From Haliscomenobacteraceae bacterium (lineage in GTDB: Bacteria; Bacteroidota; Bacteroidia; Chitinophagales; Saprospiraceae), in NCBI GenBank assembly GCA_947501115.1, contig CANMVX010000014.1, positions 6,511 through 70,510 of the forward strand: DNA of 64,000 nucleotides, given 5' to 3'. Made by a program: the position numbers and the translations under genes. Of this stretch, positions 29,044-37,224 are shown piece by piece. Each line of letters starts with the position of its first letter. The first letter of the stretch is position 1. Below the pieces are notes generated by a model. It was not told the origin of the DNA. It searched no databases and worked only from the letters and a program-made list of their open reading frames with translations.

Positions 29044-31101
29044 TTATTTTTTCACACCAGGCGAATAAATACATTCTGCCTGCGCCATTACCTTTTGCTT
29101 ATCAAGCGTCATCGGTTTAGTTTTCTGCGCTAAAAAGAGAGGAATCTGGTCGGCGAAATGAGGATTATCGGGATGAGAAGAAGCGCCGTAGGTATTTACC
29201 GTTTCGATGACAGGAAGTTCATTTTTTGGAAATTTAACCATCATTACGTAGGCATCTCCCCCAACAATTTTTCTTTTCCCCCCTTCGTATGGGCGACTCC
29301 ATTGCGGGGCAAGCAAGTCAGGTAATCCGCCCACTGGAAATTCCTGATTCCCTCTTACTAATTTTTGGATATCACCTAAGGCGAGATCTACTTTTCCAAA
29401 ATTATCCAGCAGGTATTTTTTTGCGTATGCTAAAGCCTTTATTCCCTCCTCTTTAGTAATCGCCCTAGCCTCTTGGCCTCTTAGTGCTTTAGCCAAATAT
29501 TCATAAACAAGCATAAAAACTGCGGCACCTTTACTTTCGGCGGTTCCCTGGAAATCCCACGTTTTCAAGGTATTCAAGATAATATTATCTTGCTCATCTC
29601 CTGTATTTTCCAAAAGAAAAAGGGAATCGAGCTGATACATAAAAGTGAGTTTTTCAGGATATTGCCTATCGAATTTAATATCTCTGAAGGTTTGAAAATC
29701 AATTTTAGGGGTAGATTCAAATCTTTGTCTGAAACGAACACTTCTATTATTTTCCATGGTTTCCCACCCATCGGCAGACGAAAACTGGGACACTTTTAAA
29801 TTATCGGCACTTGCAGTAGCTGAAAAAGAAGAGTGATTGGTATTGAACAGAAAGCCGGAGGACGGATTAACATATTGGGGAAGATCCTTCAGGGGCCTAA
29901 ACGATGTCCACAAGGTAGTTGAGGTATTTCCGGGTAGTGTTTCGAGCCAATTTAGCTTGGGATCCTCCTTCCTAATCGGCATAAGGGCATTATTTACATA
30001 GAAAATGGTATCATACCGATCGGCATATACGATATTAAACATAGATAATCCTTGCACGTTTAATGCGTTATAAAAATCAGTGAAATTCTTTCCCTTATTC
30101 ATTTGGTACCATTGATCGAGCGCTCTAATTTCCTGATTGGCTCCTAATCTTACAGAAAAAGCACCTTGTTCATTGATTAAAGTTGGACCATATTTGCTGG
30201 AAAAAGCTTTTTTGGAAATAGGAAAAGGTACTCCCTTTACACGTAAGCTGACTTTTTTAATCTGTAATTTTTCCCATTGACCGTCATATTTATAGTAATA
30301 CTTCTTTTTAGGATGCCTTTCGAGTTGAAAAATGTCCATTCTATCGCATAAATTTACAGTATGCGCCCAACCGTAATGTTCATTTACACCGTGTAATATG
30401 CATGGACCTCCGGCGAGCAATCCCCCCAAAGCATTCCAACCTTCTTCACTTTGAACATGCGCTTCATAAAATGCTTCAGGCCCTTCATTGGGCTGATGAG
30501 CATTTATGGCCAGATAAGCGACCCCTTCGGTTGTCCTGTCAGGATGCACCGCAATGCCATTTGACCCCATTTTGTCATAATCAATGAGCCATTTCACCTG
30601 ATTATTAAAAATTTGCTGTAACGCCTGGTCACCCCCATTGAATTTGGTCAGTGCCAGAACAGATGAAGCAATATATTCTTTAACTGTGATGGGAAAAACC
30701 TTTTTAACGAGCACCTCTTCTGGATGCGCCGCTGCGTAATCATTTACCCCCTGTACATAACCGGCAATAAGTTTTAAAAATTCGGGAGAAAGGGAATTCC
30801 ATTTTTCTTCTGTCACCTCCCTGCATTGAAACCAATCAAAAGCATAATCTGCTGCCACCGCATTTTTACCAAAAGCACGTCCCATGGCTTTTTTTGCTGG
30901 CAATGCAACCATTTGTAAACTAGCAAACTGATCTTCACAATAGGCCCAAGCCAAACCATAAGAAACTTCAGGATCCGTTTTAGCAAAAATATGGGGGATG
31001 CCAAAACTATCGCGAACGATGGTTATTTTACTCGGATCTATCTGTCCGTTTACAATATTTAAAAATAAAATTAGCCCAATAACAAAAGGAAACCGCTTCA
31101 T
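29044..31101 (-). CDS. Penicillin/acyl-homoserine-lactone acylase family (S45 Ntn hydrolase), secreted
   Basis: 685 aa with a signal peptide and the conserved start RDSFGIPHIFA. The autoproteolytic G|SN site lies in DKMGSNGIAV, as in PvdQ/QuiP/AhlM-type acylases. Confidence 0.85.
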   Translation of the reverse strand: MKRFPFVIGLILFLNIVNGQIDPSKITIVRDSFGIPHIFAKTDPEVSYGLAWAYCEDQFASLQMVALPAKKAMGRAFGKNAVAADYAFDWFQCREVTEEKWNSLSPEFLKLIAGYVQGVNDYAAAHPEEVLVKKVFPITVKEYIASSVLALTKFNGGDQALQQIFNNQVKWLIDYDKMGSNGIAVHPDRTTEGVAYLAINAHQPNEGPEAFYEAHVQSEEGWNALGGLLAGGPCILHGVNEHYGWAHTVNLCDRMDIFQLERHPKKKYYYKYDGQWEKLQIKKVSLRVKGVPFPISKKAFSSKYGPTLINEQGAFSVRLGANQEIRALDQWYQMNKGKNFTDFYNALNVQGLSMFNIVYADRYDTIFYVNNALMPIRKEDPKLNWLETLPGNTSTTLWTSFRPLKDLPQYVNPSSGFLFNTNHSSFSATASADNLKVSQFSSADGWETMENNRSVRFRQRFESTPKIDFQTFRDIKFDRQYPEKLTFMYQLDSLFLLENTGDEQDNIILNTLKTWDFQGTAESKGAAVFMLVYEYLAKALRGQEARAITKEEGIKALAYAKKYLLDNFGKVDLALGDIQKLVRGNQEFPVGGLPDLLAPQWSRPYEGGKRKIVGGDAYVMMVKFPKNELPVIETVNTYGASSHPDNPHFADQIPLFLAQKTKPMTLDKQKVMAQAECIYSPGVKK

Positions 31102-31262
31102 AAATAAAGATATTTATTACAATATAGGAAAGTTATCACAAGTGTATGATTTATATCAGCTATTTTAATATTTTAAAATTGCATCATTTACAAATCAACT
31201 AATTGTATATAGTAAATGTTTACAAATAAATTCTAAAAAACCACATTGGAAAAGCATTACTT

Positions 31263-33008
31263 ATGAAACCCAAAAAAGAAAGTACCGTCAGTTTGAAATT
31301 TGTTTATCAAACCTTTATTCACCCGCGTTTAAATAAATTATCTGTTGGTCTTCTTCTCATCATTATCAGTAGATTAGCTAGTCTGATATTACCCGGAGCG
31401 AGCAAATATCTCATTGATGATGTCATTCCCAATAAAAATTTACAAGGTTTGGGCTGGTTATTGGCCGCAGTGGTCATTGCATTGATCATACAGTCAGTTA
31501 CCTCTTATTTTTTGACTCAACTACTCAGCGTTGAAGGACAATATTTAATCTCTCAATTGAGAGTAAAGGTTCAAAAACACATCATACAACTCCCTGTCAG
31601 ATACTTTGACAACGTTAAAACAGGAGAACTCGTTTCCCGCATCATGAACGATGTGGAAGGGGTAAGAAATATTGTAGGTACCGGTTTAGCCCAGATGATT
31701 GGTGGTGTTATTACCGCAGTCATTTGTTTGTTTTTACTCGTCGCCATTAGCCCACTTCTGACCCTATATGTCTTAGTACCCGTCATTATATTTGGACTTA
31801 TTTCTCTAAAAGCTTTTGGGAAAATCAGACCTATTTTCAGGGCAAGAGGCGTCATTAATGCCGAAGTTACCGGTCGATTGACTGAAACATTAGGCGGTGT
31901 AAGGGTCATCAAAGGATTTAATGCCGAGCAACAGGAAATCGATACTTTTGCCAGAGGGGTCGAAAAATTATATCAAAATGTTAAATCCAGCCTTACGGCT
32001 ACTAGTTTTGTAACCAGTGCTGCTACGCTACTGCTCGGATTGGCATCAGCGGGAATCATGGGATTAGGTGGTTATCTGATTATGACCAATAAACTGACTT
32101 TTGGCGATTTCCTTGCTTTTACCCTATATCTGGGATTTTTAATTGCCCCTATTGTGCAAATGAGCAATATTGGGAGTCAATTGACAGAAGCTATTGCTGG
32201 CCTGGACAGAACAGAAGAAATCATGCGTTTGCCACTGGAAGCCAATGAGGAAGTGCGCAACGTTACTTTAGACAGGATAAACGGCGATATTCATTTCAAC
32301 GATGTCAGTTTTGCGTATGATCAAGGAAAGGAAGTGGTGAAAAATATCACTTTTCATGCTCCTCCAGGATCGGTTACCGCATTGGTAGGAACGTCAGGTT
32401 CCGGAAAATCAACAATAGCTGGATTAGCAGCCACTTTTTTAAATCCCGATGCTGGAAATATTACGGTGGACGGTATTGATTTGAGCACCATTAGCCTGAA
32501 AAGTTTTAGAAGCCAATTGGGCGTTGTATTACAAGACGATTTTCTTTTTGAAGGCAGTATAAAAGACAATATTCTTTTCTCAAGACCTAATGCCTCAGCT
32601 GAAGAATTGAATAATGCCGTTCATGCTGCTCACGTTCACGAATTTACAGACCGATTTGAAGATGGATTAGATACGTTGATTGGAGAAAGAGGCGTGAAAT
32701 TATCAGGCGGACAAAGGCAAAGAATTGCCATAGCCAGAGCTATTTTGGCCAATCCACGGGTCTTGATTTTAGATGAGGCAACTTCAAATCTGGATACAGA
32801 AAGCGAATCACTCATTCAGGAAAGTTTGAAAAGACTTATGGAAGGCAGAACCACCTTTGTTATTGCCCACCGATTGAGTACTATCAGACAAGCCACTCAA
32901 ATATTGGTGGTGGAACAGGGTAATATTGTTGAAAGAGGTACGCACGATGATTTGATCAAGCTGGAAGGCCGTTATTATTCTTTATATACTTATCAGGCCA
33001 GAATTTAA
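31263..33008 (+). CDS. ABC exporter, fused permease/ATPase (MsbA/multidrug-like)
   Basis: Six-TM N-terminal domain plus an NBD with GTSGSGKST, LSGGQRQR and ILILDEATS. Confidence 0.9.
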   Translation: MKPKKESTVSLKFVYQTFIHPRLNKLSVGLLLIIISRLASLILPGASKYLIDDVIPNKNLQGLGWLLAAVVIALIIQSVTSYFLTQLLSVEGQYLISQLRVKVQKHIIQLPVRYFDNVKTGELVSRIMNDVEGVRNIVGTGLAQMIGGVITAVICLFLLVAISPLLTLYVLVPVIIFGLISLKAFGKIRPIFRARGVINAEVTGRLTETLGGVRVIKGFNAEQQEIDTFARGVEKLYQNVKSSLTATSFVTSAATLLLGLASAGIMGLGGYLIMTNKLTFGDFLAFTLYLGFLIAPIVQMSNIGSQLTEAIAGLDRTEEIMRLPLEANEEVRNVTLDRINGDIHFNDVSFAYDQGKEVVKNITFHAPPGSVTALVGTSGSGKSTIAGLAATFLNPDAGNITVDGIDLSTISLKSFRSQLGVVLQDDFLFEGSIKDNILFSRPNASAEELNNAVHAAHVHEFTDRFEDGLDTLIGERGVKLSGGQRQRIAIARAILANPRVLILDEATSNLDTESESLIQESLKRLMEGRTTFVIAHRLSTIRQATQILVVEQGNIVERGTHDDLIKLEGRYYSLYTYQARI

Positions 33009-33856
33009 ACGTCTTTTTTGTACTGTTTCGGACTTATTCCTTTTTTTTTCTTAAAAATACGATTGAAGTAAGGAATATCATAAAATCCACACTGAAAGGC
33101 TATTTCTCTAATGGCCATATCAGTGTTTAGCAGTAAATGGCAGGCTTGCTTAATCCTGAATTCGAGGAGAACTTCAACGAAGGATTGTTGCGTAATACTT
33201 TTGAAATACCGACAAAAGGAGGTTGGCGAAAGGTCTGCTATCCCTGCTATTTCTGCTAATGAAATATCTTCTTTATAGTGTGTTATGAGGTAGGAAAACA
33301 CCTTTTGAAACCGGTTCGTTTCTGATACCTTAAAGTCATTTTCTGCGAAAGAAAGATCTATCGGTTTAAGTTGCACGGCTCTACTTAACCTATCTAATAT
33401 ATCTAGTAAGATCAATATTTGTTGTGTTGGTGAGGCAAGTATCATTTCGAATAATCTGGCGGTAATCTTCTTTTTATCGTTTCCTTGAATATCAAAGCCT
33501 GCTTTTGATTTGTCAAGAAACATTTTGATAGCCACAAATTCATTAAGATTTAAAAAATCTTCTCCTAAAAAATGCTGGTTAAATTGAACAACAATGGCCT
33601 CAGATAACTCCGTTTGATTTTCCTTTTGGTGATTTATCCAACAATGAGGTAAATGGGAACCTAAGAAAACCAAGTCTCCATCTGAAAAATCATCTACTTG
33701 TTTACCAACAAAGCGCTGCCCCTCCCCTTTTACAATCAAGGTAAGTTCATATTCCGGATGAAAATGAAACGGGGCATCAAATTGTGGTATCCTAAAATGA
33801 CGCACGAGCAAGACTTTGGAGGGATCTGATTTTACCTGTTCAAAAATAGCTTTCAT
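33005..33856 (-). CDS. AraC family transcriptional regulator with an N-terminal cupin domain
   Basis: The N-terminal cupin carries FHFHPEYEL, and the C-terminal part has two AraC HTH motifs (IAGIADLSPTSFCRYFK, IAFQCGFYDIPYFNRIFKK). I chose the ATG at 33856 (MKAIFEQ). The longer ORF begins at 33913. Confidence 0.85.
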   Translation of the reverse strand: MKAIFEQVKSDPSKVLLVRHFRIPQFDAPFHFHPEYELTLIVKGEGQRFVGKQVDDFSDGDLVFLGSHLPHCWINHQKENQTELSEAIVVQFNQHFLGEDFLNLNEFVAIKMFLDKSKAGFDIQGNDKKKITARLFEMILASPTQQILILLDILDRLSRAVQLKPIDLSFAENDFKVSETNRFQKVFSYLITHYKEDISLAEIAGIADLSPTSFCRYFKSITQQSFVEVLLEFRIKQACHLLLNTDMAIREIAFQCGFYDIPYFNRIFKKKKGISPKQYKKDV

Positions 33857-33989
33857 AGGATTAAATTTTCTATTTCTAAGTAAAATAGCATAATAAATGA
33901 TAAAATAAAACAATTATTTGCCAAAAAAGTCAAAGCCCGGGAAGAAAAACGAGTGTAATTTTGAGAGCAAACTAAAAGAATTCATCCAA

Positions 33990-34799
33990 ATGAAAACAAC
34001 AATTATAGACCAGCCCTTTCAGGTGAGTGAGGAAGCCATTGCATTTTTCCAAAAAAACAGATTTATCAAACTGAAAAATGTGTTGGACGCGGAATCATTA
34101 GCTTATTATGGAGAAGCAATTAGTAGAAAAGTGGCAGAAATAAATACGCAGGACAAGCCAATGGAACAAAGAGATACTTATGGAAAAGCATTTTTACAAA
34201 TTTTTAATCTTTGGAGAGAGGACGAAACCTGTAAAGAATTTGTGTTAAGTAAAAGACTGGGGCACATTGCTACGCAATTACTTCAAACCAATGGTGTCCG
34301 TTTATATCACGATCAGGCGTTGTTTAAAGAGGCTCGGGGCGGAATCACCCCCTGGCATGCCGATCAATATTACTGGCCATTGGCTTCCGACAAAACCGTT
34401 ACCGCCTGGATTCCACTACAGGAAGTACCGTTAGAAATGGGCCCCTTAGAATTCAGTGCTGGAAGTCAGGCGATTGTAGAGGGCAGAGAATTGGCTATCG
34501 GGGATGAAAGTGAACAAAAGATAGCGCAAAGACTGAGGGTAACCGACTTTGAACACGTTATTGAGCCCTTTGAACTAGGTGAAGTAAGCTTCCATTCTGG
34601 CTGGGTTTTTCATAGAGCAGGTGCAAATGATACCGATCAAACAAGAAAGGTAATGACCATGATATATATGGACAGCGAGATGAAATTGAAGGAACCGGAG
34701 AACGAGAATCAGGTGAATGACTGGAATACCTGGTGTCCTGGAGCTAGCATCGGGGAAATTATCGCCTCGCCTATTAACCCTCTCATTTATTCTAAATGA
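33990..34799 (+). CDS. Phytanoyl-CoA dioxygenase (PhyH) family Fe(II)/2-oxoglutarate oxygenase
   Basis: PhyH-like pattern (WHADQYYWP HxD motif, distal FHSGWVFHRAG). It is divergent from the AraC gene across a 133-bp spacer. I chose the ATG at 33990 over the TTG at 33918. Confidence 0.75.
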   Translation: MKTTIIDQPFQVSEEAIAFFQKNRFIKLKNVLDAESLAYYGEAISRKVAEINTQDKPMEQRDTYGKAFLQIFNLWREDETCKEFVLSKRLGHIATQLLQTNGVRLYHDQALFKEARGGITPWHADQYYWPLASDKTVTAWIPLQEVPLEMGPLEFSAGSQAIVEGRELAIGDESEQKIAQRLRVTDFEHVIEPFELGEVSFHSGWVFHRAGANDTDQTRKVMTMIYMDSEMKLKEPENENQVNDWNTWCPGASIGEIIASPINPLIYSK

Positions 34800-35908
34800 T
34801 TCATTGTAAAGCTGCGGTTACCGATGGTAATGGACAATTTTCCATAAAAGAAATTTCGGTTGCTGATCCGACGGGAGATGAAATTCTGGTTAAAATAATG
34901 GCTGCAGGCATCTGCCATACCGATTGGGATGCCCAATTTTGGGGCAAACCACTTATTCTTGGGCATGAAGGAGCCGGAATCGTTGTAAAAAAAGGTGAAA
35001 AAGTGACGGCATTGGCCATAGGCGATAAAGTCATGCTTAATTGGGCTATACCTTGTTATCAATGTTTTCAATGTCAGTTAGGAAACCAGCATTTGTGTGA
35101 ACCCAATTCAGCCGTTACCGCGGGAAACAAACGAAGTGGCGGCCATGCAACCTACGAAAGCACTACCTGTGAGGGAAAGCCGATAGAACGTGCATTTAGT
35201 TTGGGCACCATGGCTGAATACACCTTAGTCAGGGAGGCAGCTTGTGTAAAAATACACGTTGAAATGCCCTATCCTTCCGCGGCCATTGTAGGTTGTGGCG
35301 TTATGACCGGTTATGGTTCAGTAGTTCATGCCGCCCAGGTTAAAACGGGTAGTAGTGTGGTAGTATTGGGAACGGGTGGCGTAGGTCTAAATGTTATACA
35401 AGCAGCCCGAATTGCTGGTGCTCAGAAGATTATAGCCATTGATGTGAATCCTGGAAGATTGGAAATGGCGGCAACTTATGGAGCCACACATTTCCTTTTA
35501 GCCGATAAAAACGATACCGGATTGCTTCTTATGGCTCAAAAAGTAAGGGATTTAACTCAGGGAAGAGGGGCAGATTATGCCTTTGAATGCACTGCTATTC
35601 CAGCTTTAGGTGCAGCACCACTTTCTATGATACGTCATGGAGGCATGGCGGTGCAGGTAAGCGGTATTGAGCAGGAAATAACCATAGATATGAATCTTTT
35701 TGAATGGGATAAAGTGTATATCAATCCCTTGTATGGTAAAACAAAACCACAAATTGATTTTCCCATCCTTCAGGATTTATATGCATCTGGCACATTGAAA
35801 TTGGATGAAATGATCACCTCAACTTATCCTTTGGAAAAACTTGGGGAGGCATTTCATGATATGCATACGGGGAAAAATGCGAAGGGAGTGATTGAATTTG
35901 CGGATTGA
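34796..35908 (+). CDS. Zinc-dependent alcohol dehydrogenase (class III-like MDR family)
   Basis: GICHTD catalytic zinc site, a CxxC-x2-C structural zinc cluster (CYQCFQCQLGNQHLC) and GTGGVG Rossmann motif. Its start overlaps the PhyH stop (ATGA). Confidence 0.9.
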   Translation: MIHCKAAVTDGNGQFSIKEISVADPTGDEILVKIMAAGICHTDWDAQFWGKPLILGHEGAGIVVKKGEKVTALAIGDKVMLNWAIPCYQCFQCQLGNQHLCEPNSAVTAGNKRSGGHATYESTTCEGKPIERAFSLGTMAEYTLVREAACVKIHVEMPYPSAAIVGCGVMTGYGSVVHAAQVKTGSSVVVLGTGGVGLNVIQAARIAGAQKIIAIDVNPGRLEMAATYGATHFLLADKNDTGLLLMAQKVRDLTQGRGADYAFECTAIPALGAAPLSMIRHGGMAVQVSGIEQEITIDMNLFEWDKVYINPLYGKTKPQIDFPILQDLYASGTLKLDEMITSTYPLEKLGEAFHDMHTGKNAKGVIEFAD

Positions 35909-35972
35909 CTACTACTAAAGAAAGGTAACAGACAGGCGGATTAAACATTTTATTAAAAAAACACTAATTAAC

Positions 35973-35989
35973 GTACAAATTGTGGTACA
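35973..35989 (+). promoter_or_regulatory. Possible antitoxin operator (GTACA repeats around an ACAA-A-TTGT palindrome)
   Basis: GTACAAATTGTGGTACA lies 19 nt upstream of the yefM-like ATG. GTAC cores are a feature of described YefM operators. The evidence is a motif match only. Confidence 0.25.
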
Positions 35990-36007
35990 TTGACAAAAAT
36001 TGATTTC

Positions 36008-36253
36008 ATGAAAGCAGTAACAATTTCTACTTTAAGAAAAGAAATGAAAGAATATTTTGATTATGTTTCAAAATCGATGGGAGTAATCATTGTTCCCAGA
36101 AATAAAGAAAATGAAGCTATTGTAATCATATCAATTCAAGAATATAATTCTCTTTTGGAAACAGAACATCTTTTATCAGCGAATTTACAGCTCATGGCTG
36201 AGAAGATTTCAATTATTGGCTTGAAAATGATAAATAAGTTGTCAAGAAAATAA
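36008..36253 (+). CDS. Phd/YefM family antitoxin (N-terminal domain intact, C-terminus probably non-native)
   Basis: MKAVTISTLRKEMKEYFDYV...IVIISIQEYNSLLETEHLLS matches the Phd/YefM N-terminal fold. The last ~26 codons read out of frame through yoeB-like sequence. Confidence 0.7.
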   Translation: MKAVTISTLRKEMKEYFDYVSKSMGVIIVPRNKENEAIVIISIQEYNSLLETEHLLSANLQLMAEKISIIGLKMINKLSRK

Positions 36254-36384
36254 AAGAATTAATAAAAGTAATAATACGGGAGCCATTTAAAGGAATTGGT
36301 ACCCCAGAACCATTAAAATTTGGTCTTAAAGGTTTTTGGTCCAAAAGAATTAATGGAGAACATCGTTTGGTATATTCAATGTAG
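36175..36384 (+). pseudogene. yoeB/Txe-like toxin pseudogene
   Basis: One frame reads ISEFTAHG*EDFNYWLENDK*VVKKIKELIKVIIREPFKGIGTPEPLKFGLKGFWSKRINGEHRLVYSM*, colinear with YoeB (xWEDYLYWQxxDKKxxKKINELIKDxxRxPFxGxGKPEPLKxxLxGxWSRRIxxEHRLVY). There is no start codon. In-frame stops fall at 36199 (TGA where W is expected) and 36235 (TAA). The C-terminal ~18 aa are missing. Confidence 0.8.
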
Positions 36385-36446
36385 ATTTCATTATGATTAA
36401 AAATACCTAAACTTTTATGCGGCATAGGATTAATTTGTATTTCCCC
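36350..36446 (+). repeat. 97-bp direct repeat, copy 1 (yoeB 3' remnant plus downstream sequence)
   Basis: 96 of 97 nt are identical to 37094-37190 (single T/C difference). The repeat starts inside the yoeB remnant at codons NGEHRLVYSM*. Confidence 0.95.
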
Positions 36447-36600
36447 AAAACATGAATGGGAATATTGGACCAAAAATATTGAGCAATCTTTGTTATTTTT
36501 AGATGGCTTGAACAAGTAACTCCCATGTAACCAGGAGTATATCCTCTGGGAAGTTTTAAAATGCAACATAATGTGGTATATTTGATATAAATAAATTCTC

Positions 36601-36849
36601 ATGGCAAAAAACACATCTATTTTACTTGAAGATAATTTTGAAACTTTTATAAATGGTCAACTACAAACCGGGAAGTTCTCTTCTGCGTGTGAAGTAGTTC
36701 ATGCCGCGTTGAGATTGTTTGAACAAGAAGAAACAAAAAAAGCTGAGCTTATCAATGAACTCATTAAGGGAGAAAAATCTGGGTTTGCCAAAGATTTTAA
36801 TCGTGATACCTTTTTGCAAAATCTTAAGGAAAATCACTTGGTACATTGA
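36601..36849 (+). CDS. parD: ParD/CopG-type (RHH) antitoxin
   Basis: MAKNTSILLEDNFETFINGQLQTGKFSSACEVVHAALRLFEQEE matches ParD4-type antitoxins (NTSxxLxxHFxxFIxxQVxSGRYxSASEVVRAGLRLLE). Confidence 0.8.
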   Translation: MAKNTSILLEDNFETFINGQLQTGKFSSACEVVHAALRLFEQEETKKAELINELIKGEKSGFAKDFNRDTFLQNLKENHLVH

Positions 36850-37002
36850 GCAAGCTGAGAGCTATCTAAATTTGGATATTGGCGATCAAAAGTTAAATCA
36901 CATCATATCTATTATAAAATCAACCTTAAGGAAAACGAATTAGAAATTATAAGGATTTTGCATGAAATGATGCATGTTGAAAATCAACTTGGTAGAAGCT
37001 AG
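36842..37002 (+). pseudogene. parE-like toxin remnant (internal deletion and frameshift)
   Basis: Frame 1 reads YIEQAESYLNLDIGDQKLNHIISIIKSTLRKTN* (ParE N-terminal-like). A second frame from 36937 reads ELEIIRILHEMMHVENQLGRS* (the canonical ParE C-terminal EIIRILH motif). The middle ~40 aa and the start codon are absent. Confidence 0.65.
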
Positions 37003-37093
37003 CGGCTAAAATTTCCTTGCGTTATGAGAACGCTTACCATTGGTAGTACCCAACCGTTCGTTATGGAAAGATTCACCAGCTCCATTGAATTTT

Positions 37094-37190
37094 TTAATGG
37101 AGAACATCGTTTGGTATATTCAATGTAGATTTCATTATGATTAAAAATACCTAAACTTTTATGCGGCATAGGATTAATTTGCATTTCCCC
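37094..37190 (+). repeat. 97-bp direct repeat, copy 2
   Basis: 96 of 97 nt are identical to 36350-36446. It ends 34 nt upstream of the Rpn-family nuclease gene. Confidence 0.95.
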
Positions 37191-37224
37191 TTTTTTTAAT
37201 ACGTACCTTTGGAAAAAATGGAAA

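Noticed and set aside
36213-36614. The 133-aa minus-strand ORF, and its partner at 36999-37265, share an identical 31-aa segment (EIQINPMPHKSLGIFNHNEIYIEYTKRCSPL). This could look like a duplicated gene.
   Set aside because: The shared peptide is the antisense translation of the 97-bp DNA repeat. Both ORFs run antisense to recognisable yoeB and parE remnants and have no family resemblance.
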